A DNA stretch of 46,693 nucleotides from an uncultured Chryseobacterium sp. GTDB lineage: Bacteria; Bacteroidota; Bacteroidia; Palsa-965. The notes beneath the pieces were generated by a model that was given only the letters and a program-made list of their open reading frames with translations, did no database searches and was not told the origin of the DNA. The DNA lies in NCBI GenBank assembly GCA_964394965.1, contig CAYMZV010000002.1:1-46693 (forward strand), given 5' to 3'. The position numbers and the translations under genes are program-made. This document shows, piece after piece, positions 32,847-44,600 of the stretch (positions are counted from its first letter, which is position 1; each line of letters begins with the position of its first letter).

Positions 32847-35800
32847 TTATTTTATCAAAGAGACATTTCCTTTTTTATCTATTTGTGTTCCATCCAGCAA
32901 CGTTCCCTTCAAGACATACGTGAACACTGCATTTTCACACGGAACACCACGCCATACCCCATTCCAACCGATAGTCGGATCGGTGGTATGGAAAACCTGT
33001 TCTCCCCAACGATTGTAGATGGAGAAATCCATGTACTTGATGCAAGCGCCCCTGACATACAGAATATCATTCTGATTGTCGCCATTCGGTGAGAATGCAT
33101 TCGGTACGAAAACCTGTCCGCAAAGAATGTCAACATTAACTGTTACCGTATCCGTTGCAGTACATCCAAGTGAATCGGTAACAGTCATCGTATAAGTTGT
33201 AGTGACAGTTGGCGATGCAATTGGATTCTGGCAATTGTTGCAACTCAATCCCACAGATGGTGACCAACTATAAGTGACCACGCCTGTACTTGTTCCACTC
33301 AATTGCGTGGATTGTCCTTGCGTAATTGTCACATACGGCCCGGCATCCGGATTCAGTGAACTCAATCCTGTAACCACAATCGGTGATGCTATCGAACATC
33401 CATGAGCATCGGTGATGGTACATGTATAACTTCCCGGTGCGAGAGCTACTGCGGTTTGTGTTGTTTGTCCATTGCTCCAACTGAAACTGTACGGTGCGGT
33501 TCCACCGGTTGGCGTAACTGTCGCCGTTCCATCATTGACATTACATCCTGCCTGAGTGGAAGCGATCGTATCGGTCAAATTGCTCACGATAACGGTAACG
33601 GTGTCATGGCTTATACATCCTCCCACTACGGAAACGGCAACCACATAAGTAGTCGTAACCGTCGGCGAGACAACTAAGGTATTCGAGGTTCCGACAACAG
33701 TTGTTCCACTTGTCCACGAATAAGTATACCCCGTTCCCGTAGGCGTACTGAGCGTTACAAGACTATTGCTGCAAATGACAGTATCATTTCCTGCATTGGC
33801 GGTAGGATAGGGTTTTACCGTTACGCTGAAAGTAAAGGACGCCGAAGCGCATGCATTGATCGCATTCAGGTGAAGCTGATAGGTTCCCGCATTCGGGAAT
33901 GACATATCAATTACATTGTTTGACGTATCCACAATATTGCCGCCGGTTGCTGTCCAGTTATAATAAGTGTTGTTGTTGAATGTAGTGGAGAATGTATTCG
34001 TGTCTCCCTGACAAACGATGTGTGGACCTGTTACCACCACATTCGGGTTTCCAAGAACAACAATTGTATCGTACGGTGACCAAGGTCCGGCACAACCGTA
34101 ACTGGTTTCCTGTACACGGAAGATGAGGACACCTGCGGCATTCAGGTTTACAAAAAGTGAATTCGAATTTGCACCCGATGGTGATACAAAAGGATTTCCG
34201 CCGTTTATTCCATTGCATTGCCACATGTAAGTTGAATTGTCGGAATAATTGTATGGCGAGAAGAACAACGCTACAATGTCTCCGATACAGAAAGTATCGC
34301 GTGGTGCAAATGTGGTGTAATCGTAAGAGGTGATTACTTCTGCGCCTGAGCGTGGTGCACCAATAGTCAATCGGATAAGGCTTCCGAGTGAATTGTCGGG
34401 AACGCTGGAGTTGGTTGCAATGACACGCAGGTAATTCATGCCAACCGGTACACCGATGATGGCCAAGCTGTCTTTACATGGAATATGGATATCCAATGTC
34501 GTATCACCCGTTGCAGCAACAGATCCCAGAATTCCATTCGGGCCGATCTGCGAAAAATTCAGGCTGCTCAACAATTGGGTCTCGAATAAATTTCCAGGAT
34601 TGTAAACCGCAGTGTTGTTGTACGTATTGACATTGATATCAATGATCGAATCTGCACCTGCAGGATTTATTGCACAATCCGTAACACAGAAATTAAGATC
34701 GTGCGAATTGTTTGTGGTTATATCACAATCACCAATACAGAAAGGTCCCCAAGGCGAACCGATCACAGACGGATTGGAAGAAACAACACGGATATAATAA
34801 CCGCATCCCGGAGGAACATTCGGTACCAATCCGGATACAGATCCCGGAGGTGAACCCAATGAAGGATCATAAGTGGCGGTGCTTGGATAAGTTCCAACAA
34901 CGGGAGGCGAACTTGCAAACACACCATTGGAATCGGAAAGTTGTGCGGTGTAAACATTGCCCGGATTAAAAACTCCCGTTGAATAGAATGGAATGTCAAT
35001 GGCACTACTCACGCAGACAGCATTGGTATCCATTGTGACAACAGGTTGTAAAGTGGTGATGACGTTCGGACACGCGACAATTGAAAAACACCCTGAGGCG
35101 ACTCCTATGAATACCGGAGGCGGCGACGTTCGCCTTATCCTCACCTTGTAACAACTACCCGCTCCCGAGGAACTCGGAAGAAGAATGGCAAATGCCCCAC
35201 TCATCTGTGGATAAAAAATACTCGTCACCCAGGTATTCGCCGTGTTGAAATTCCCAAATGCATCCGACAAATCGATCGCGTATGTTCCATCACACAACGT
35301 ATCGGTGAGATGCCAATAAATGAAAAGCAATCCACCCTGACAAACAGGATTCGGTGAAACGCTATCGACAACAATGGAAGCTGTCGCATTGTTGGTTGCA
35401 ACAATATTGATGTCATCAATTGCCAATGCAACGGAATCGGGAGATGCGCCACTGTTATTCTGCCACCTGAAACCGAAGCGGAGATTGTTCACATTACTGA
35501 AAGCGGGATCGGTAATGTCTTCGTATTTCCATTTGTATTTATTGTTGTACTGACTCAAACCGATTTGCACCCATGGTCCGTTATTGGCACTGTAATAAAC
35601 CTCACCATAAGCGGTGGGTGATCCCTGACAGAGATAGAAAAAACTGAAGTGAACGGAATCCATACCCATGGTACAGATACCGCTGGTCATGTTCGCAAAA
35701 CGGTCGGAAGCATTGGATGGATTGAAATTGCAATTGGTAATTCCCGATGGAACATCGTAGATGTGAAGATTTTGACTGTATGGTGCAAAGCTGATCGTTC

Positions 35801-36035
35801 CACTATAAGTGCTGTCTTGACTCATCGTATTCTGGTAAGTCGGAGCGCCCGTATATTGATTGTTGACAATCCATTCATTGGTACCGGTGTTTGATCCGGG
35901 GCCATTGCCGTTCAATGTGAAAGTGCCTCCGCCGTTTTGGAAATTTTCCGAGAAGAGCAGTACGTTTTGTGCGCGCAATAAGAAACCGCCTACAAAACAA
36001 AAACTGAGAATGAAAAGTAAAAGTGATTTTTTCAT
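32847..36035 (-). CDS. Large cell-surface protein with a SprB-type repeat and a T9SS type-B (gliding-motility-associated) C-terminal domain
   Basis: The C-terminus reads VFVPNAFSPNGDNQNDILYVRG...FSIYNRWGEQVF...GWNGVWRG. A SprB-like repeat GCNVNDGTATVTPTGGTAPYSFSWSNGQT is present. Trimmed to Met 36035 (MKKSLLLFILSFCF). Confidence 0.85.
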   Translation of the reverse strand: MKKSLLLFILSFCFVGGFLLRAQNVLLFSENFQNGGGTFTLNGNGPGSNTGTNEWIVNNQYTGAPTYQNTMSQDSTYSGTISFAPYSQNLHIYDVPSGITNCNFNPSNASDRFANMTSGICTMGMDSVHFSFFYLCQGSPTAYGEVYYSANNGPWVQIGLSQYNNKYKWKYEDITDPAFSNVNNLRFGFRWQNNSGASPDSVALAIDDINIVATNNATASIVVDSVSPNPVCQGGLLFIYWHLTDTLCDGTYAIDLSDAFGNFNTANTWVTSIFYPQMSGAFAILLPSSSGAGSCYKVRIRRTSPPPVFIGVASGCFSIVACPNVITTLQPVVTMDTNAVCVSSAIDIPFYSTGVFNPGNVYTAQLSDSNGVFASSPPVVGTYPSTATYDPSLGSPPGSVSGLVPNVPPGCGYYIRVVSSNPSVIGSPWGPFCIGDCDITTNNSHDLNFCVTDCAINPAGADSIIDINVNTYNNTAVYNPGNLFETQLLSSLNFSQIGPNGILGSVAATGDTTLDIHIPCKDSLAIIGVPVGMNYLRVIATNSSVPDNSLGSLIRLTIGAPRSGAEVITSYDYTTFAPRDTFCIGDIVALFFSPYNYSDNSTYMWQCNGINGGNPFVSPSGANSNSLFVNLNAAGVLIFRVQETSYGCAGPWSPYDTIVVLGNPNVVVTGPHIVCQGDTNTFSTTFNNNTYYNWTATGGNIVDTSNNVIDMSFPNAGTYQLHLNAINACASASFTFSVTVKPYPTANAGNDTVICSNSLVTLSTPTGTGYTYSWTSGTTVVGTSNTLVVSPTVTTTYVVAVSVVGGCISHDTVTVIVSNLTDTIASTQAGCNVNDGTATVTPTGGTAPYSFSWSNGQTTQTAVALAPGSYTCTITDAHGCSIASPIVVTGLSSLNPDAGPYVTITQGQSTQLSGTSTGVVTYSWSPSVGLSCNNCQNPIASPTVTTTYTMTVTDSLGCTATDTVTVNVDILCGQVFVPNAFSPNGDNQNDILYVRGACIKYMDFSIYNRWGEQVFHTTDPTIGWNGVWRGVPCENAVFTYVLKGTLLDGTQIDKKGNVSLIK

Positions 36036-36608
36036 TGTGCTTTTTTTATGTGGCCTTTGTCCGAAATGTTTGCCGCATTTGGACAAGGCTTGAATGGGTT
36101 ATGGGAATTTTAACATGTGAATATAAAACATTGTTGCTTACAAACCGACCAAACAATCGAAAAATCAAGGGAGTATGCCAATTTCATTTCCCGGCATTTC
36201 ACCACACTTCCGCGTCCCTATGATAATTGGGGAATTATGGTCTAGCACATCCTCAGGCGAGCCTTCATTCGGTCATTACAGACTATCATGAAATTATTGA
36301 AAATATCCTATGCACTTCGTTGTATAGACATATATTTTCCCGAGAGAACCCAAATGGATAGAAATGCAGCCATCAAATGGAAATTATAGTTTCAAAAGAA
36401 AACAAGATAGTCTCAGCACTCCTTGCATATGCTGCCTTTCCATGAACATAGATCCTCTCCCGGGAATTATGGCTCAAGGGGAATATTGTATTAAAACACA
36501 ACCTATTTCATACTTTCCATCCCTCAAGACCATTGTAAATCCAACCGATGCATTTCTCAACATTCAAATAATGGAATTCTTTTAACTTTATTCCCTACCG
36601 ACACTTTT

Positions 36609-36968
36609 ATGAAAGCCTATAAATTAATCAACATCAACGGAACGGATTGTTCCTTTCAGGAGGGAACACTATCGGAATTGAAACACATCGACCTCAAGCA
36701 TTTTTTCGTGCAGACACATATCGATGCCTATGAGATGGTCCCCCATCCCGCTCCGCGGTATCAATTTGTAATTACGCTGAAAGGGAAATTAAGATTCACA
36801 GTGACCAACGGCGACACCTTCATCATTGAACCGGGCGTTGCACTTATTGCCGCCGATCTGCTGGGTAAAGGCCATACCTGGGAAATCATTGAGGGAAATG
36901 AGTGGCAACGGATTTACCTGGTTCCCCATTCCGACAAGGATGATTATTTTACGCCATCGGGTAATTGA
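36609..36968 (+). CDS. Small cupin-like protein, function unknown
   Basis: 119-aa ORF with beta-rich sequence FVITLKGKLRFTVTNGDTFIIEPGVALIA. The assignment is weak. Confidence 0.5.
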   Translation: MKAYKLININGTDCSFQEGTLSELKHIDLKHFFVQTHIDAYEMVPHPAPRYQFVITLKGKLRFTVTNGDTFIIEPGVALIAADLLGKGHTWEIIEGNEWQRIYLVPHSDKDDYFTPSGN

Positions 36969-37029
36969 AAAAATCAACCGTGCAGGGTTATATTAAAACA
37001 CAACCCTTTCCTCACGTGTGATTTCAAAA

Positions 37030-37072
37030 ATAAAAAAGGGACTGCCTCGACGAGACAGTCCCTTTCAATTTT
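37030..37072. terminator. Bidirectional terminator between convergent genes
   Basis: 9-bp stem AAGGGACTG / CAGTCCCTT, flanked by an A-run upstream and a T-run downstream. Confidence 0.6.
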
Positions 37073-37085
37073 GCGGACAAACAGT

Positions 37086-38711
37086 TTATTTCACGACCGA
37101 AATCCTGCTTACCTGTTTCTTGTCTTTTTCATTGACAACAACCGTATACAATCCGTTGGCAAGGAAACCCATATCCATTGTGAAAAGCTCTTCCCCATTT
37201 CCGGGCTTAGTCTTATAAATCATTTCACCCATTGCATTGTAAATTTCAATATCGCTTACGCTGCTTGCGTTTGTTCCGAAGTTGAAATTCAGGGAGCCTG
37301 AAGTCGGGTTAGGGTAAATTTTCACTGTAGACAATTCATTTTCTGCAATCGATGTGGTGAGGCACATTGAATTGAAGACGGGAGTATTGGTTCCTGTGTT
37401 GATGTTCGGTCCTGCATTCCTGTTGATCAATGTAATCGGTGCCGACACAAAATCGGTTGTCGGAGCTGTAGGAGGCGAAATCAAAGTTGCAGCTGCAGTC
37501 GAGGTGAGCAATGCTGCATTGTTTTCATTGCATCCTGTTGCACCGGTGCTGCTCATTTCGAGAAGCCACATGTCATTGTTCGTTGATGGTGATGAATTGG
37601 TATAACCCAAAACAAAATAACCACCGTTTCCATTGCTGATGATATTCTGAAAGGCGTCATTGCCTGTTCCACCATAATTCTTGGACCATAAAATGGCTCC
37701 ATTGGAATCCATTCCAAAAGCAAGTGCATCTCCACCGCTTCCGAAAGATGTTGTAATTCCTGTAATCACAAGTCCGCCATTGCCATCGACAACTGCAGAA
37801 GTAACGGCATCTTCACCAGCACCACCATAAGTGTTGAACCAATCCAATGTTGGGAATCCGGTGCTTACATCAAAACGCGCTACGAAAATATCGCCAAGTC
37901 CCGCTCCGAATGAACGGGTATTTCCCAAAAGGAAAAATTTGTTTGAAGGGCCATCCATGATCAATCGTGCATCGTCATCGCCTGTTCCACCCAACAAAAA
38001 TGTTCCCTGCATCGCGCCATTGTCATCCAACTTCGAAAACATCGCTTCATTCAATCCGATCGTATTCACTCCGGAATATCCTGCAACGAGGTATCCATTT
38101 CCTGTGCCCAACGATTTCACATCATAAATCGCTTCATTCGCATACGGCGTACCGATATTTTGCGACCATAAAACGTTTCCGTTGGTGGCATCCATCTTCA
38201 CAAGAAGTCCATCCAATTTTCCACCCGTATTGTTTTTCACTCTTCCAGCGACAACAATATTTCCGTCGTTCGCCGCCTTGACTGCACTTGCATAATCAAC
38301 ACTGTCTGTTCCAAGCACCGAAAGGAAAATCGGATTGCCGGATGCATTCAACCGCACAACCATAAGATCTTCAAGTCCTGCAGGCGAAGTTGAAAAACTG
38401 GTTGAACGTCCAGCAATTGTTTGTTCTCCTGTTGCAGACATATAAGAAGCAGTACCATATTCCGTTAAAAGTCCGCCGGCATGTATGTTGCCTGTTGTAT
38501 TTCCCAAAAGGTCTGTTTGCATTACAAGTGCATCATATCCTGCCCCTGCAGTGGCATCGGTTGTTCCGGTAATGTTCAACACACCACCGTAAAGCTCCAT
38601 CATGTTTCCAAATTCATTTCCGGAAAGATCGGTTGTATTCTGGAAAGTGGTCTGTGAATGCGCAGCGAAGAAAGCGCCCGATAAAAGTATTGACGTAAGG
38701 GTTTTTTTCAT
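37086..38711 (-). CDS. Secreted repeat (propeller-like) protein with a T9SS type-A C-terminal sorting domain
   Basis: Signal peptide MKKTLTSILLSGAFFAAHSQ, and G/D/N-rich repeats. The C-terminus reads KIYPNPTSGSLNFNF...IEIYNAMGEMIY...LANGLYTVVVNEKDKKQVSRISVVK. Confidence 0.8.
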   Translation of the reverse strand: MKKTLTSILLSGAFFAAHSQTTFQNTTDLSGNEFGNMMELYGGVLNITGTTDATAGAGYDALVMQTDLLGNTTGNIHAGGLLTEYGTASYMSATGEQTIAGRSTSFSTSPAGLEDLMVVRLNASGNPIFLSVLGTDSVDYASAVKAANDGNIVVAGRVKNNTGGKLDGLLVKMDATNGNVLWSQNIGTPYANEAIYDVKSLGTGNGYLVAGYSGVNTIGLNEAMFSKLDDNGAMQGTFLLGGTGDDDARLIMDGPSNKFFLLGNTRSFGAGLGDIFVARFDVSTGFPTLDWFNTYGGAGEDAVTSAVVDGNGGLVITGITTSFGSGGDALAFGMDSNGAILWSKNYGGTGNDAFQNIISNGNGGYFVLGYTNSSPSTNNDMWLLEMSSTGATGCNENNAALLTSTAAATLISPPTAPTTDFVSAPITLINRNAGPNINTGTNTPVFNSMCLTTSIAENELSTVKIYPNPTSGSLNFNFGTNASSVSDIEIYNAMGEMIYKTKPGNGEELFTMDMGFLANGLYTVVVNEKDKKQVSRISVVK

Positions 38712-39016
38712 TTTGTTGGGTTTGATTTGTTTTAAATTTTTGCGAAAGTAGTGTTATTAAAGATGATATTGGTTTTATACATTTTTTAAAGGCTACCGTT
38801 AAATCAACAAAACGACCATTCACACCCTTTGGTCATTCGCTAAATTTTATTTTTTGAATGATAATGAGACATCTATAAATTTTATATTTCCCCATTCATC
38901 ATTATAAAAATATTTTTCTGTTTAAATGCTTTTGATGATTAGATAAGTATTAGAAAAAAAACAAAACAGTTATGTTATGGGATTATTAAGAGTACTTTTG
39001 TCACCTAGAATTTTTT

Positions 39017-41650
39017 ATGTTTAAACGCCCCGTACCCCTCCTTCTTGTTTTCTTATTTTTCATCAATAGAATCGACGCCCAACAACCGAATTGGCATTTC
39101 ACCGGCTATGGTCCGCATTTCCGTGACTTCAATGCTGTCCAGATCCTAAATACAGGAAGAATAATTGCGGCCGGTGGAAATTTCTACAACGATGCCATCA
39201 CTTCTTTTTTTGTATCGGACGACTCAGCCGCATCTTGGGGAATCGAAGTCGACTCGATCAATGCAGAGATGAATGACATGCACTTCCCAGCAGACAATGC
39301 CGGTTATGCAGTGGGAAACGCGGGAATGTTTTACAAGACAATCGATCAGGGAACCAGTTGGCATCAAATCGCATTGAATGCACCACTGAATTCAAGAAGT
39401 TATTATGGCGTTCATTTTACAAATGCTACAACCGGCGTTGCAGTGGGAGGATACGATACGACACAAACCATCATGCGGACAATTGACGGAGGAGTGAACT
39501 GGACGACGATTGTTGATGCACCCGGACAAATTTTGCGCGATGTCATGTTTACCGATTCGCTCATCGGTTTTGCAGTTGGCGACAGTGGCACAGCATTGAA
39601 AACACACGACGGTGGAATTTCATGGTCAACGTTGACTGTTCCCGCATCGATGAATGTTAGGAATTTCCAATCGGTTTATTTTATCGATTCGCTGATCGGA
39701 TTCATTGCCGGAGGAAATCCATCGAGTGCACACCGCACACTTTTGAAAACCATCGACGGTGGAGTTACATGGAATACGGTTATCGACGTTGTAGGTCCGA
39801 TGGCAAATGTGGTTTATTTTCTCTCTGACAGTGCAGGTTATATAGGAGGGGAAAATGGTTTGTTGCTCTATACTGCCGATCAAGGTTCCACTTGGACTTC
39901 TTTCACGGTCACAGGAAATGATGTGAATCCGATCAACGACATCAACTTTTTGAATGCGAGTTTTGGAATCGCTTCCGGCGTTTATGGTAAAACACTTATT
40001 TATAGGGACACACTCATTCAACCGCCATCGGCAGTCATAAATACAATGCCCATAATCATCAATGCAAACAGTGTAATGATTGATGGCGTTGTAAGTGGGC
40101 ACAATCGACCGACAACAGTTGAGTTCGAATACGGTTTGACGCCATCGTTCGGAACTACACTTGCAATGACACCATCGCTCACGTCGAATAACAATCAGCA
40201 CGATTCTGTTCTGGTAACAGGATTGTTGTTGTCGAATGTTTATTACGGCAGAATCAAAGTCACCAACTCACTTGGATTTGCCTACAGCGGTACGATTCAA
40301 TTCCACACCGATTCGGTGACAGGTCCGAATTTTGATTTTGAAAACTGGAATGATTACAGCAATGAATATCCGCTCAATTGGTTTATTACCGGACCCGTTC
40401 AAAAAGTCCTTTCTTATGATGGAAGTTTTGCAACGAGAATAATTGCCCAAACTACCAATGCACCGGGTGCGTTGTATCGTGCAAATGATACCGGACATGG
40501 CCCTCCGTTTTCCGGGCTTCCGTTTTCCGGCGGCAGACCCGACACCTTGATGTTTTATGCCAAGTACGATGTTGTCCCGAATGATTCCGCTTTGGCTTGG
40601 TTTTTCCTGAGCAGCAATGGAATCAATATTGTCGATACGATCGTGAAGATTCCGGGTTCGAGCGGAGGCTTGTTCCAATTGTTCAAGATCCCGATTCATT
40701 ATACCAGCTTGAATATTCCGGATTCCCTCGGATTGTTATTCGCCAGCTCAGATATTTTCACCGGAAATATTTCCACTGTAAGTGAGATCACAATCGACAA
40801 CATCCAGTTGCACGGATCGAGTACACAACTTCCGAATAGCGACATGGAATCATGGGGTGTTTCAACAAGGAATCATGCGGTTTCATGGTATTCGAATGAT
40901 GACAGCAATTTCAACCCCGAAGATTCTGCCATGGTGAAAAGAAGTACAAATGCATTTTCAGGAAACTATGCATTGATGCTGAGAACCTTTGCAAACACCA
41001 ATCAGCAATACAACAGTGCAAGCATGAAATCGGGACCGAACATTTACGCTCCCGGCCCCGACTTCGCCGTTTTCGCGCGACACACAACATTGAATGGAAT
41101 GTATGAATTGAATACATCCACCAACGACACATTTACGGTAATGGTATCGATGTATAAATTGGGCGTTCAGGTTGGCGGATCTTATGTGAATTTCACCAAT
41201 CACTTTTCCAATTACAGTTTATTCACCGCTCCGATCAATTATTACACCAGTGATGTTCCCGACAGTTGCGCCATCCAGTTTTTCCTCGGAAAAAGGGATA
41301 CGACACAATTCGCCGGCAACTCATGGGTGCTGATCGACGATCTTGGTTTTGACGGAGTATTGACATCGATTGATTCATCAACCATTAAAAGCCCTGTCGT
41401 TGAGATGAACCTTTTCCCGAATCCCGCACAGGACCATGTCAACATCCAGCTTCCCGATGCTTTTGCAAAACAAACGGGAGAAATAAAGATTACCGTTTTC
41501 GACATGAGCGGAAAAGAATGCCTTTCCAAAACGGAAACCAATAGGAATCAAATCCTGTTGGACGTAAGCGGCCTGAATGATCAACTGTATTTTATGGAAA
41601 TCAAAAACGAAAACCAATCCCTCTACTCCAAATTAATAATTTCACGATGA
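39017..41650 (+). CDS. BNR/Asp-box beta-propeller protein with a T9SS type-A C-terminal sorting domain
   Basis: Five Asp-box repeats (DQGTSWHQ, DGGVNWTT, DGGISWST, DGGVTWNT, DQGSTWTS). The C-terminus reads NLFPNPAQDHVNIQLP...ITVFDMSGKEC...DQLYFMEIKNENQSLYSKLIISR. Confidence 0.8.
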   Translation: MFKRPVPLLLVFLFFINRIDAQQPNWHFTGYGPHFRDFNAVQILNTGRIIAAGGNFYNDAITSFFVSDDSAASWGIEVDSINAEMNDMHFPADNAGYAVGNAGMFYKTIDQGTSWHQIALNAPLNSRSYYGVHFTNATTGVAVGGYDTTQTIMRTIDGGVNWTTIVDAPGQILRDVMFTDSLIGFAVGDSGTALKTHDGGISWSTLTVPASMNVRNFQSVYFIDSLIGFIAGGNPSSAHRTLLKTIDGGVTWNTVIDVVGPMANVVYFLSDSAGYIGGENGLLLYTADQGSTWTSFTVTGNDVNPINDINFLNASFGIASGVYGKTLIYRDTLIQPPSAVINTMPIIINANSVMIDGVVSGHNRPTTVEFEYGLTPSFGTTLAMTPSLTSNNNQHDSVLVTGLLLSNVYYGRIKVTNSLGFAYSGTIQFHTDSVTGPNFDFENWNDYSNEYPLNWFITGPVQKVLSYDGSFATRIIAQTTNAPGALYRANDTGHGPPFSGLPFSGGRPDTLMFYAKYDVVPNDSALAWFFLSSNGINIVDTIVKIPGSSGGLFQLFKIPIHYTSLNIPDSLGLLFASSDIFTGNISTVSEITIDNIQLHGSSTQLPNSDMESWGVSTRNHAVSWYSNDDSNFNPEDSAMVKRSTNAFSGNYALMLRTFANTNQQYNSASMKSGPNIYAPGPDFAVFARHTTLNGMYELNTSTNDTFTVMVSMYKLGVQVGGSYVNFTNHFSNYSLFTAPINYYTSDVPDSCAIQFFLGKRDTTQFAGNSWVLIDDLGFDGVLTSIDSSTIKSPVVEMNLFPNPAQDHVNIQLPDAFAKQTGEIKITVFDMSGKECLSKTETNRNQILLDVSGLNDQLYFMEIKNENQSLYSKLIISR

Positions 41651-44600
41651 AAACCCCAATGAAAAAATTACTACTGCTTGCATTCGTTTTTTCAGCATTT
41701 ATCGGTAATGCCCAAACTGCATCCAGCGGTCCTTCGGGTGTGACCGTTACTTCCAATCCAACGGATTCAAGAGCCCTCGGATGGGCGGGTGGAAAAACAA
41801 ACTCGTATACCAATCCCTCATGGCCCGCTTACAATTCGCCATGTTATGTTTATGGATTCAGGGATACATTGTATCAAGCGATCAATGGAAATAATAACCA
41901 GCCGCCGAATCTGGGTTGCGGTTCAATGTCCAATCTCGTTTACAATGCTGCACAATCGAATCTTGCAGGAGGAATCCTCGTTTACTTGGGAACAACGAAT
42001 TATTCCTATGTACCGAATTGGATGGGCGGATATGAGGTTACAACACTGAACGTCCGTGCAACCATCACGATCACCAATGGCGCTGCTGCTCCAATTCCGA
42101 TTCTCAGTATCGGTACAGCAAAGTTGATCAGGGCAAATCAGAATTTCAATGTAAAATTCCTGATGGAAACATTCAGCCCGGGAGATGGAACCTATTTTGC
42201 CGATGGTCCAAACCAATGGGTTCCTTCCATTACACTTTACGATGATCTTCATACCGATCCAAGCACTTCCATTTGCACCTCATTCGCTTATGGTTCGTAT
42301 TATACTTTTTCTGTCAATGCAACAGCGACAAATACCGGTCCCTATTGTCAGGGTGCTACCATCAGTCTTGCAAGTACAGGCGTTGCACAAACCGGTGGAC
42401 CTGTAACCTATGCTTGGAGCGGTCCTTCCTATTCGAATGCAACACAAAACCCTACAATTTCAAATTCCACTACAGCAATGACGGGTACCTATACAGTTCA
42501 GGTAACCGATAATATCGGATGCGTTGGATCTGCAAGTACTACGGTAACTGTAAATCCATTGCCAACCGTAACTGCCAATTCAACTGCAGTTGCTGTTTGT
42601 GCCGGTAACAGTGTAACACTCACAGGTGGTGGTGCAACTTCTTACACTTGGTCAGGAGGTGTAACAAATGGAGTTCCGTTTGTTCCCGTTTCAACTGCAA
42701 CTTATACAGTAACGGGAACGAGTGCGGCCGGTTGTACAAACACTGCAATGACAACTGTAACTGTAAATCCTGTGCCAACCGTAACGGCCACTTCAACTGC
42801 TGCCGCTGTTTGTGCAGGTAACAGTGTAACACTCACAGGTGGTGGTGCAACTTCTTACACTTGGTCGGGCGGTGTAACGGATGGAAATGCTTTCGTTCCA
42901 CTTTCAACTCAGACTTATACAGTAACAGGGACAGGTGCCAACGGTTGCACAAATACTGCAATGACAACTGTAACTGTAAATCCATTACCGACTGTAACGG
43001 CCACTTCAACCGCCACTGCAGTTTGTACCGGCGGCAGTGTAACACTCACAGGTGGCGGTGCAACTTCTTACTCCTGGTCAGGCGGTGTAACGGACGGAAA
43101 TTCTTTTGTTCCACTTTCAACACAAACTTATACTGTGACAGGAACAGGTGCCAATGGTTGCACAAATACTGCAATGATAATGGTAACTGTAAATCCGCTT
43201 CCTACTGTAACCGCGACTTCAACAGCAGCTGCTGTTTGTGCCGGTAACAGCGTAACACTCACAGGTGGCGGTGCAACTTCTTACTCTTGGTCCGGTGGTG
43301 TAACGGATGGAAATGCTTTCGTTCCACTTACAACACAGACTTACACAGTGACAGGAACTGACGGAAACAATTGTTCAAACACGGCAATGACAACCGTAAC
43401 GGTAAATCCACTTCCAACTGTAACGGCAACTTCAACCGCCGCTGCTGTTTGTGCAGGCAACAGTGTAACACTCACAGGTGGTGGTGCAACTTCTTATTCT
43501 TGGTCGGGTGGTGTAACGGATGGAAATTCTTTTGTCCCGGTTTCAACTCAGACTTACACAGTGACAGGAACTGACGGAAACAATTGTTCCAACACGGCAA
43601 TGACAACGGTTACTGTAAATCCGCTTCCTACTGTAACGGCAACTTCAACCGCTGCCGCTGTTTGTGCAGGTAACAGCGTAACACTCACAGGTGGTGGTGC
43701 AACTTCTTATTCTTGGTCGGGTGGTGTGACGGATGGAAATTCTTTTGTTCCACTTACAACCCAGACTTACACAGTGACAGGGACAGACGGAAACAATTGT
43801 TCCAACACTGCAATGACAACCGTTACTGTAAATCCATTGCCAACTGTAACTGCAACTTCAACCGCTTCTGCTGTTTGTGCAGGTAACAGTGTAACACTCA
43901 CAGGTGGTGGTGCAACTTCTTACTCTTGGTCGGGTGGTGTAACGGATGGAAATGCTTTTGTTCCACTTTCAACACAGACATACACAGTGACAGGAACAGA
44001 CGGAAATTCCTGTTCAAATACAGCAATGATAACGGTAACGGTAAATCCTTTACCAGCTGTAACCGCAACTTCAACCGCTGCCGCTGTTTGCGCCGGTAAC
44101 AGCGTAACACTCACAGGCGGTGGTGCAACTTCCTACTCTTGGTCGGGTGGTGTAACGGATGGAAATTCTTTTGTTCCACTTGCAACTCAGACTTACACAG
44201 TGACAGGAACTGACGGAAACAATTGTTCCAACACTGCAATGACAACAGTTACTGTAAATCCATTGCCAACTGTAACGGCAACATCAACCGCCGCTGCTGT
44301 TTGTGCCGGTAACAGCGTAACACTCACAGGTGGCGGTGCAACTTCTTACTCTTGGTCCGGTGGTGTAACGGATGGAAATGCTTTCGTTCCACTTACAACA
44401 CAGACTTACACAGTGACAGGAACTGACGGAAACAATTGTTCAAACACGGCAATGACAACCGTAACGGTAAATCCACTTCCAACTGTAACGGCAACTTCAA
44501 CCGCCGCTGCTGTTTGTGCAGGCAACAGTGTAACACTCACAGGTGGTGGTGCAACTTCTTATTCTTGGTCGGGTGGTGTAACGGATGGAAATTCTTTTGT

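Noticed and set aside
36104-36140. Plus-oriented ATGTGAATATAAAACATTGTTGCTTACAAAC, which resembles the motif
   Set aside because: The internal spacing is about 7 nt shorter than in all 13 good copies. No box follows at 20 nt, and the nearest plus-strand start codon is about 470 nt away.
38788-38828. A possible 14th motif copy upstream of the T9SS gene that starts at 38711 (CCATTCACACCC)
   Set aside because: Only the ATTCACAC end matches. The proximal GTAACA / AGTT half and a correctly spaced -7-like box are absent.
39392-41617. Several minus-strand ORFs (39626..40201, 40268..40699, 40911..41203, 41242..41617)
   Set aside because: They are antisense to the 877-aa BNR-propeller / T9SS CDS, which has clear Asp-box repeats and a sorting domain.
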